In this document: positions 53,361-64,000 of the stretch, piece after piece
How the letters are laid out: the number at the start of each line of letters is the position of its first letter
How positions within the stretch are numbered: position 1 is the stretch's first letter
Source of the DNA: Eledone cirrhosa
Lineage: Eukaryota
Direction of reading: 5' to 3'
Assembly (NCBI GenBank): GCA_964016885.1
Contig: CAXHJY010000899.1
Span: forward strand, 1 to 64,000
Length of the DNA: 64,000 bases
Notes under the pieces: model-generated
What the model saw: only the letters and a program-made list of their open reading frames with translations
What the model was told of the DNA's origin: nothing
Databases searched by the model: none
Made by a program: the position numbers and the translations under genes

Positions 53361-53598
53361 CCCTTTTGATACCAACCTGTCCAAAACCACCTCCGATTCT
53401 ATGAAACAAAATCACCCATTTTAAAGGATTCCTATTTAAATGGAAACTTTCAACATAATTTTAAATAAGAACCTTTTGTTAAGCTATGTTACAAATACCA
53501 TTTTAATAACAAAATAATCATTTTACTTAATCCTTTTAAATTTTTCATTAAATAATCCAAATACTATATAATTCATTAGAAATATAGTAATGAAAGGG
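53361..53598. mobile_element. piggyBac-type MITE family B
   Basis: TTAA|CCCTTTTGATACC ... GAAAGGG|TTAA; decayed relatives start near 57014, 62284 and 63450. Confidence 0.7.
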
Positions 53599-53749
53599 TT
53601 AACTTTGTACAACAATTAGTTCCACACCCCTTTGTACATTCTTAACCTACACACAAACATTTTAAATACCTTTGATCTCTATTTTACCACCAAACCCAGC
53701 CTCTGCTACCCCCTCCCCCATTATCACCTCTCCTATGTCACACCCAATA

Positions 53750-54400
53750 AACCTTTGCTTTTGACAACTTTGACAATAACAATGTTGCTACACTTGACAT
53801 CAGTAAGATATTTCAATGTGTTTGGTATATGAACATCCAAGCTAAGCTACCTGCCTATGAACTTTTGTCTTTCATCTCATGGATCAATAGCTTGTGCTAT
53901 CATTCTTCACTCCTCTCTAATCTTCTGTACACAAGTATTAGCCACAGGCAAACTAGAAACCTCATATATCAAACCTGCACAGCCAGCAAGAGCACAAACT
54001 CACACCAAAAAAAAACATTCTCCTGTGTAGATGTATCAATCTCTTCTACAACACAAACATAATCCCTGCACATATCAAAGGAATAATTTTAAATCTTAAA
54101 TAACACAACTAAAATCCAAAAAAATCACTACAAATTCCAGGCATCACAATCACTAATGATCTCACATTCATAACTTGCTAAAAACGACATGCCAAACACT
54201 AGCCTTTCTCCTCGGAGGAAGAAAATACTTCAACTCTGGATATTTGCTGACTCGCTACAAAGCTCAAAGGAAACTCTCAATGAAATACTGTTCCCCACAC
54301 CTGAGATGGTGCATCCAAAAGAAAGCCATCTGACTAATAAGCAAAGGGTCACTCACAAATATATAACATTTGGCCCACAGACATGCTGTTTCCTCACTCT
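53750..54400 (+). pseudogene. Highly decayed CR1/L2/Jockey-group RT fragment
   Basis: LDISK..VW...AKLPAY, GITITNDL and YKAQ....EYCS-like pieces in broken frames. Confidence 0.5.
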
Positions 54401-54419
54401 ATTTTTTTTCCTAGCTGAT

Positions 54420-55012
54420 CTCAATTCTCACAGCATTGCTCTGGTGGGTTGGTGTTTGTGCTTCAACAGGACAGAGTGCTTCTCCTCCATGGTAGCATTG
54501 AGCTCATTCGCACTTGCCTCAAACAAGTCCTGTGTCATTCTTCACTTCTTCCCGAAGGTCTTCAATGCAGTGCTATTGATGGTATCTCTGAGAGAGTCCC
54601 ACTTCTGCTGAACATCACATTCTGGTGTGTCTGTAAGGAGGGCGTCCTCAAGTGATTTCAGGAATGTAATTACTTTGGCTGGCTACTGGGTTACAGCAGC
54701 ATTGATACACTGCCTGCCAGGAGGATTGATGTAGTGCATCATTTTTGGTTAAGTTTGAGATTACAGCGAACCAGGGGGTGATCTGTGTCACAGTCAGGAC
54801 TCTGAAACGACTGAGTCAGGAGTACTTTTCTCAGGTTGTCGCATCTTGTGATGATCAGATCTAGCTGGTGCCAGTGCTCTGAGTGAGGATGATGCCAGGA
54901 AACTTTGTGCTGAGCTTTGGCCTGGAAGTAGGTGCTGGTGACACATAGTCCATGGAGCATACAGAGCTCAAGCAGTTGTTGCCCATTGTCATTCATGTTA
55001 CCGACCCCATAC
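54420..55012 (-). pseudogene. RTE (BovB-like) apurinic endonuclease fragment
   Basis: NDNGQQLLELC...TSTYF...KVSWHHPHS.HWHQLDLIITR...DCDTDHPLV (ORF 54739-54996). Confidence 0.82.
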
Positions 55013-56216
55013 CATCCCTGACATTCTGTCCAGGAGTAACTGATACTTTATTTATTAACCACAGAAGGTGGTTAATAAATCATAGTTGACTTTACATATA
55101 TTTATCAAGCTTGGAAAAACTGAAGAGCAAAATTGACCTTGCATACATTAGACTCTCATTATACTCAGGTATGTTCATATGATATGTATATGTCCCACAC
55201 ACATATAACTGACCAATGAAATTTAAATATAGAGCTTTAATTCATATAACTCCAGTCAATAAAATAACAGCTTCTCAAATCTTGTAAATATCTATACTGA
55301 AATTGTACAGATGCTTATCAAAACTTGCTGGAAATAGAAGGTAGAGGGGGAAGCTTGGGTGGGAGTGCAGAGACAGACAGCCAGACAGGCAGCAAGACAA
55401 ACATATAGAGTGGCAGATAAGCAGACAGACAAAGAAGACATTGAGATGATAGCAGAAAAGAAGGCTGGTGATATTAAGAGAAAAAGCAATGGATGAGCTT
55501 TTTATGTTGCAGCCATTTATTTTTTCATTCTATGAATCAATTCCTACTGCTTTTAATAGAAAAACAATCTCATTCTTTTTTCACTTATTCTTCTTTTATA
55601 GGTTTCAGCCATTAGGTGGTGGCCATGCTAAATAATTGCTGTCAAGATTTCAAGCTGATTGTATGGACCCAAGTCTAAATATATTTAATTGATCTAAGAT
55701 ACAAAATGCAAGGTGGACATTGGCATAAGGGGAGATAAATAAAACCGATATTTGAATGTGCCAGTTCTCACCAACACACATGCATGCACATACACATATA
55801 TATATCAAGGTTGGGGTGTTGGATTTACAATTGTAATGACATGGGTTTAATACTTGGATTGGGTGGCACATTGTGTTCTTGAGTAAAACACTTTATTTTA
55901 CATTGATCCAGACAATTCATTGAAAATGAGTACCAGCAGTAGGTGGGGGTTAATCCTGCAAAGGATTGATATCCTGTCAGGGGGAAGTCTTGTACTTTCA
56001 GTCTCTTAACATCAATGAAATTGAGATAAGCACTAGCATAATGAGACTCCAGGCTTGGGACAAACCTTTTTTTAAATCAAGTTGGATAATTTAATTACAA
56101 TGTCTCCAAATAACTTTTCTACATGTCTCAACATCAGAATTATTTCATAAGAAGGCTAAATATACTAATACAAAATTATATAATTTTTATTAGCTATATA
56201 GCATGGTGTTTAATTA

Positions 56217-56398
56217 ATTGTTTCTACATTTGGCACAAGACCAGCAATTACCCAGTGTATTACTGGTACTTTATTTTATCGACCCCGAAAGGATGAAAGG
56301 CAAAGTTAACCTCGGCGGGATTTGAATTCAGAATGGCAAGGACCGTAACTCTATGCGTCAAAGCATGGCGTCCGACCCTCTACCGATACTGCCAATCC
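56217..56398 (-). mobile_element. Nin/Deu-like SINE
   Basis: Family motifs intact. Confidence 0.85.
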
Positions 56399-57607
56399 AG
56401 AACACCAAATGAGAAAAACTGAGTATCTAAAGGTGGTGGACAACATAACTAGAAAGTCAGTGACTTTGACTATATCAAAACTGATGAGATCAAATAAGAT
56501 TGAAATTAATATCAGTGACATGCAGAAAGAGAGGCAGAGGGTGTGATGGCCCTGAGCAACAATATCAAGGCATGTGGGGGGGGGGGGCATCCAATCAAAG
56601 AGACATGCAGGGGTCTCCATTCAATATGGGTACCGAGCATAGTGCTCACTTACATTTCTCAAGCGCCCATCCAAAATCTGGTCCAAGCATTTCACTCAGA
56701 TTAAAAGGCTGAGAAACTTATTTACTTGAAATTCAATGTTTATGCTTGAACAAAACTTATGTAGTTTATTTTACATTAATTGATATGTTTTTTTTTTCAT
56801 GTTTTATTTGTTTTTACATATTTAAAATGTCTTCTGCATTTCCTAGTACTATGTCATATACTTGAGTTAAGGGGGCATACAATCAAGGAGTTGACCCCAG
56901 GCTCACCAAGCCTCTGCACACTACTGCTTAGATATATGTACCATATAGATCTAAGTTCATATTTTGTTGTTAATTTAAACTTTCTTTTCCTTGGGATGTG
57001 GAAATATGACTAACCCTTTTGATACCAACCTGCCTGAAATTGCCCCTGGTTCCTGAAAATTTTAAACTGTTGATATTTATCTAAAAACCTACCATCATAA
57101 TTTTATGTAAAAACGCTTTGTAAAGTTATGTTCCAAACACCAATATAGTAATGAGAAAATTAGTTATATAAATAAATATTTCCATATTTTTTATTATTTT
57201 CAAAATTATTTCAACATTATAAGCTGTCTTTTCTTAAAATTATGGAATCAAAAGTGATATGGTAGATCATACAACACTACTGCCAAAATAAAGATTATCT
57301 TTATGAATAGTTAAATGAAATCACTATTGTAGTCATAATGTGTGGTGGGGTATGGGTGAGGGGGAGTATGTGTGGCTATGTGTCAGCGTGTCTGTGTATG
57401 TGTGTGTGTGTTTGTTCCTGTGATTATGTTTGTGTGTGGGGGATTGTGTTTGTTTGTTTGTTTCTGTGCATGTATGTGTGTGAGTAAGTGTCTGTGCAAA
57501 TCTGTGTATGCATGTATATGCATGTGTGTGTCTGTGTGTGTATGAGAGTGAATAAACTACTAAAATTTTCAATGTAGTCAAACCATTTTCAAAGAGAAAT
57601 AAAAACA

Positions 57608-57681
57608 GGACCACTGAAAGGATCTGAACCTCAAATTTATCACTTGTTGGGTGACTGTATTACCAATTACACTAAATAGCA
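57608..57681 (-). pseudogene. Decayed tRNA-like sequence (AAC anticodon, Val-like) or tRNA-derived SINE head
   Basis: D-arm GTGT-AATTGGTA-ATAC; anticodon arm GTCAC-CCAACAA-GTGAT; T-arm GAGG-TTCAGAT-CCTT; weak acceptor stem. Confidence 0.6.
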
Positions 57682-60600
57682 CCTGTTAATCCTGACTGTA
57701 TTACCAATTACACTAAATAGCACCTGTTAATCCTGACTGTATTACCAATTACACTAAATAGCACCTGTTAATCCTCACTGTATTACCAATTACACTAAAT
57801 AGCACCTGTTAATCCTCACTGTATTACCAATTACACTAAATAGCACCTGTTAATCCTGACTGTATTACCAATTACACTAAATAGCACCTGTTAATCCTCA
57901 CTGTATTACCAATTACACTAAATAGCACCTGTTAATCCTCACTGTATTACCAATTACACTAAATAGCACCTGTTAATCCTGACTGTATTACCAATTACAC
58001 TAAATAGCATTTGTTAATCCTGACTGTATTACCAATTACACTAAATAGCACCTGTTAATCCTGACTGTATTACCAATTACACTAAATAGCACCTGTTAAT
58101 CCTGACTGTATTACCAATTACACTAAATAGCACCTGTTAATCCTGACTGTATTACCAATTACACTAAATAGCACCTGTTAATCCTGACTGTATTACCAAT
58201 TACACTAAATAGCACCTGTTAATCCTGACTGTATTACCAATTACACTAAATAGCACCTGTTAATCCTGACTGTATTACCAATTACACTAAATAGCACCTG
58301 TTAATCCTGACTGTATTACCAATTACACTAAATAGCACCTGTTAATCCTCACTGTATTACCAATTACACTAAATAGCACCTGTTAATCCTGACTGTATTA
58401 CCAATTACACTAAATAGCACCTGTTAATCCTCACTGTATTACCAATTACACTAAATAGCACCTGTTAATCCTGACTGTATTACCAATTACACTAAATAGC
58501 ACCTGTTAATCCTGACTGTATTACCAATTACACTAAATAGCACCTGTTAATCCTGACTGTATTACCAATTACACTAAATAGCACCTGTTAATCCTCACTG
58601 TATTACCAATTACACTAAATAGCACCTGTTAATCCTCACTGTATTACCAATTACACTAAATAGCACCTGTTAATCCTGACTGTATTACCAATTACACTAA
58701 ATAGCACCTGTTAATCCTGACTATATTACCAATTACACTAAATAGCACCTGTTAATCCTCACTGTATTACCAATTACACTAAATAGCACCTGTTAATCCT
58801 GACTGTATTACCAATTACACTAAATAGCACCTGTTAATCCTGACTATATTACCAATTACACTAAATAGCACCTGTTAATCCTGACTATATTACCAATTAC
58901 ACTAAATAGCACCTGTTAATCCTGACTATATTACCAATTACACTAAATAGCACCTGTTAATCCTCACTGTATTACCAATTACACTAAATAGCACCTGTTA
59001 ATCCTGACTATATTACCAATTACACTAAATAGCACCTGTTAATCCTGACTATATTACCAATTACACTAAATAGCACCTGTTAATCCTGACTATATTACCA
59101 ATTACACTAAATAGCACCTGTTAATCCTCACTGTATTACCAATTACACTAAATAGCACCTGTTAATCCTGACTGTATTACCAATTACACTAAATAGCACC
59201 TGTTAATCCTGACTGTATTACCAATTACACTAAATAGCACCTGTTAATCCTGACTATATTACCAATTACACTAAATAGCACCTGTTAATCCTGACTATAT
59301 TACCAATTACACTAAATAGCACCTGTTAATCCTGACTATATTACCAATTACACTAAATAGCACCTGTTAATCCTGACTGTATTACCAATTACACTAAATA
59401 GCACCTGTTAATCCTGACTGTATTACCAATTACACTAAATAGCACCTGTTAATCCTGACTGTATTACCAATTACACTAAATAGCACCTGTTAATCCTGAC
59501 TGTATTACCAATTACACTAAATAGCACCTGTTAATCCTGACTGTATTACCAATTACACTAAATAGCACCTGTTAATCCTGACTGTATTACCAATTACACT
59601 AAATAGCACCTGTTAATCCTGACTGTATTACCAATTACACTAAATAGCACCTGTTAATCCTGACTATATTACCAATTACACTAAATAGCACCTGTTAATC
59701 CTGACTGTATTACAATTACACTAAATAGCACCTGTTAATCCTGACTGTATTACCAATTACACTAAATAGCACCTGTTAATCCTGACTGTATTACCAATTA
59801 CACTAAATAGCACCTGTTAATCCTGACTGTATTACCAATTACACTAAATAGCACCTGTTAATCCTGACTGTATTACCAATTACACTAAATAGCACCTGTT
59901 AATCCTGACTGTATTACCAATTACACTAAATAGCACCTGTTAATCCTGACTATATTACCAATTACACTAAATAGCACCTGTTAATCCTGACTGTATTACC
60001 AATTACACTAAATAGCACCTGTTAATCCTGACTGTATTACCAATTACACTAAATAGCACCTGTTAATCCTGACTGTATTACCAATTACACTAAATAGCAC
60101 CTGTTAATCCTGACTGTATTACCAATTACACTAAATAGCACCTGTTAATCCTGACTGTATTACCAATTACACTAAATAGCACCTGTTAATCCTGACTATA
60201 TTACCAATTACACTAAATAGCACCTGTTAATCCTGACTGTATTACCAATTACACTAAATAGCACCTGTTAATCCTGACTGTATTACCAATTACACTAAAT
60301 AGCACCTGTTAATCCTGACTGTATTACCAATTACACTAAATAGCACCTGTTAATCCTGACTGTATTACCAATTACACTAAATAGCACCTGTTAATCCTGA
60401 CTGTATTACCAATTACACTAAATAGCACCTGTTAATCCTGACTATATTACCAATTACACTAAATAGCAGCTGTTAATCCTGACTGTATTACCAATTACAC
60501 TAAATAGCACCCGTTAATCCCGACTGTATTACCAATTACACTAAATAGCACCTGTTAATCCTGACTGTATTACCAATTACACTAAATAGCACCTGTTAAT

Positions 60601-61177
60601 CCTGACTGTATTACCAATTACACTAAATAGCACCTGTTAATCCTGACTGTATTACCAATTACACTAAATAGCACCTGTTAATCCTGACTGTATTACCAAT
60701 TACACTAAATAGCACCTGTTAATCCTGACTGTATTACCAATTACACTAAATAGCACCTGTTAATCCTGACTGTATTACCAATTACACTAAATAGCACCTG
60801 TTAATCCTGACTGTATTACCAATTACACTAAATAGCACCTGTTAATCCTGACTGTATTACCAATTACACTAAATAGCACCTGTTAATCCTGACTGTATTA
60901 CCAATTGCACTAAATAGCACCTGTTAATCCTGACTGTATTACCAATTACACTAAATAGCACCTGTTAATCCTGACTGTATTACCAATTACACTAAATAGC
61001 ACCTGTTAATCCTCACTGTATTACCAATTGCACTAAATAGCACCTGTTAATCCTCACTGTATTACCAATTACACTAAATAGCACCTGTTAATCCTGACTG
61101 TATTACCAATTACACTAAATAGCACCTGTTAATCCTGACTGTATTACCAATTACACTAAAGAGTACCTGTTAATCCT
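57652..61177. repeat. 41-bp satellite, ~86 copies
   Basis: Unit GACTGTATTACCAATTACACTAAATAGCACCTGTTAATCCT. Confidence 0.97.
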
Positions 61178-64000
61178 TCTATTTCAAACTAGGTAACTAA
61201 ATCTATTTTTCTACTATTATATTTTTATTTCAACTGTAAGGGGCGAGGATTAGTAAAATGTTTCACTATACTATCTGTTTGTAATTATAAGTATTGTCAT
61301 GAGAACTGGTAAGCTAGTGATGATTGGTATCAACACTATTTTAATTGGAAATTAAAGGAAAAGGAAAGGAGCTTATCATCAGATCAGAACCAGGAAACTA
61401 CATCCCCATTGGTCTTTCCATTGCTGATACTATCTGCCAGTTACAATTCTTGGCAGAGGCACAACTGTTTTTCCAGTGACATGAGGTAGATTTCAAACTC
61501 AGAGTGCTGAGAACTAACACAAATATCACAAAGCATCCCATCCAACTCTTTACCAATTCTGCCACCCTACTGCCCCTGGACTGGTACTTTACATATCAAC
61601 CCTGAAAAGTTGAAAAACAAAGTTGACTTTGACAGGATTTGAACTCAGAATGCAGAGAACCAGAACAATACAGGAATTTAATTTAATATAATGTGGTAAT
61701 GACTTTGCCAATTTGCGAACATGGAAACAAAAACTATGCTTATTTACACCCACAGATAGTAAAATGTGGATCATTGTTAGAAAAATGAGAGAAATAGGGT
61801 GTTCAACTGTGAAATGATGTGCAACAACAACAACAACCACAGCATAATGTTTGTAGATACTTCTAGCATAGTTATTTTTAACAATCCAATCTAACACAAC
61901 GAGATATGTTAGTATTTTTGTTCTGCTATTTAGAATTAGCAGCCAAAAGACCACTGCTTCATTTAGCATCAGTTTAAATATGCAGCATGCCATTATAAAT
62001 AGCTGGAATATTTACCCCTGTTACCATTCTCGTCATGAAAGACATAAAGACATTGGGTGCTGGCTGAGTGCTTTCTACTACTTTATCCAACAAATGAAAT
62101 AGTGCATGCATGCACACACACACACACACACATCAAAGTGAATAGGTAGGATGGAACTTCCTTATACTAAGTTTCAACCCAACTAGATGTAAGGTGTGTT
62201 TGGCCTGACAATACAGCTTCAACTCATAACCTTTCATTCAATGACTCCACACCCAAACCTCTGAGCCATAAACCTTTACTCAACCCTTTTGATACCAAAT
62301 TACCTGAAACGATTCTGATACAAGCCAATTTATTTTAAAGTGTTTGTAGTTATCTAAAACTTTCTATTATAATAACATTTGGGGACCAAGCCAACCTCAC
62401 CTCCATGCAGTAGACCCAGGAAAAGCTGTTGTCATAATGCTTTGCTAATGAGGTTCTGTATATGAAAAAATATGTTGATGAATGATAATGATATACATAC
62501 ATGCATACATACACATATATACATATATGTCCTAACTCTTCATTGCATATTTGCCAACCATCAGACATTATGTGGCAGGAAAAGAAAGAAAGAAGAACCT
62601 TTGTGAAGTTATGATCCAAACATCAACTTGATAATGAGAAAGTTATTTATATCATTAACTCTCTCCAAATTCTTGATTATTTAAAAAAAAATATTTGTAA
62701 ATTATAAGCAGTGTCTTTCATTAAAAATATATTAACAAAAGTATTAATTATTAATTAATTAAAAGAAAATAGATAATAAGGATGATATTTTTTCTTCTTC
62801 CAAAAACTACAAAGATTCTAAAACTTCTAAAATATCTCCACTAAATAAATGAAAGAATATTATTTTCCAAACGAGTAATATAAGAAGTGGTTCTTGCTTT
62901 ATATAATAACTTCCAGAGTGGATAGAACAGACAGCAATTAGAAATAGTCTAGATAGAAATAGTATGTAATCTCAGAATTTCAAAATGCTGACCTTGTTGC
63001 TATGAACTGAAGTTTACAGATGAAAGGAAAACAAGATTTTCTGTCAGCTATTATTACAAAGCTTTATTACTGCTATACAGAAATATATGTTCATGTTAGT
63101 TTAGAATAATAAGACAAGAACGAATAAAGTATTTTGAATTCTTAAAACATTTTGTATCTTCAACAATAGAAACAACAGAATTATAGATTGCTTTTAAAGG
63201 AGATAACATATGCTATAGTCAATGTTTGGCAGGTATTTTGACTGAAAATCATCTTAAGTATAAGACAGTTTTACTACCGCTTTGCATTGGGCCAAAGAAC
63301 AGTATAAAAGATGCTTGTTCTCAAAAGACATTTCTATACAAATATTGAATGCAGTAAATCACTTCTGCCTTTTTGTTTGAAGTATTTATACTTTTCACAA
63401 TCATACTGAGACAGAATTATAATCTTATTGAAATTTAAAAAATCTTTAACCCTTTTAATACCAAACTGCCCCTGGTTTTCTGATATTAACCTATTTCTTT
63501 TAAATTCTTTAAATTTATCTAAAAATCTTCCATCATAATCTTATGTAAGAACTTTTGTTAAATTATGCTCCAAACACCAGCTTAATATTGTGAAAGTTAG
63601 TTTTATAACTAAACCCTTCAAATTCTTGACTATTTTCAAAATCACGAGCAGTGTCTTTCATAAGTTAATAACAGGGTCTGTGATGTATAGTTGTTGTCTG
63701 TGTTGTGTAGTTTGTTGTTGTCTGTGCTATAGTGTTTTTCTGCTAAAACTGGCATATGATAAGATAATTCTGTTTCCTCATATTTTATCCATTTAGGGTT
63801 AACCTGTGAGAAATTTTGGTAATCTCTAAAGCTTTGAAACAAAACAGTACAATAAGCACAAAGAGTGGATTTGAAGGCAAAAATTGCAATGATTCTGTGA
63901 TATAATAGTTAGCATATGTGTTCAGCAAAAAATATCTGGTTTACTTATTATTTGGAGGTCATTGTAATTTTTCAAACTGTAATATTGATATATGTATGCG

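Noticed and set aside
55050-55080. 13-bp hairpin as a terminator or miRNA
   Set aside because: Short, AT-rich and inside a SINE remnant; likely a local template switch
29778-61177. The 42-bp and 41-bp arrays as CRISPR loci
   Set aside because: Contiguous units with no unique spacers, no cas genes, eukaryotic context

Overview
AT-rich, repeat-saturated animal DNA, intergenic or intronic. The SINE and LINE complement suggests an octopus or other coleoid cephalopod (inference). I find no host protein-coding exon; nearly all listed ORFs are microsatellite or satellite artefacts. Real coding remnants are retrotransposon pieces: two recent 5'-truncated RTE LINEs in inverted orientation with a PHD finger inside the RT domain, older RTE and CR1/L2-like fragments, and a CRE-type endonuclease tail. 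There are many tRNA-derived SINEs, piggyBac/hAT/Tc1 MITEs and a non-autonomous Helitron. The most notable element is a 310-bp x4 tandem array in (TA)n at 190-1446. Each unit carries a complete type I hammerhead ribozyme with a palindromic stem III, matching a non-LTR retrozyme or Penelope-type repeat that could yield circular RNA. An unrelated second hammerhead family with the same architecture lies at 45755-46562 in inverted-plus-tandem arrangement. Two large satellites show their origin: a 42-bp x ~78 array expanded inside a piggyBac-type MITE, and a 41-bp x ~86 array expanded from the 5' end (A-box) of a tRNA-like sequence.
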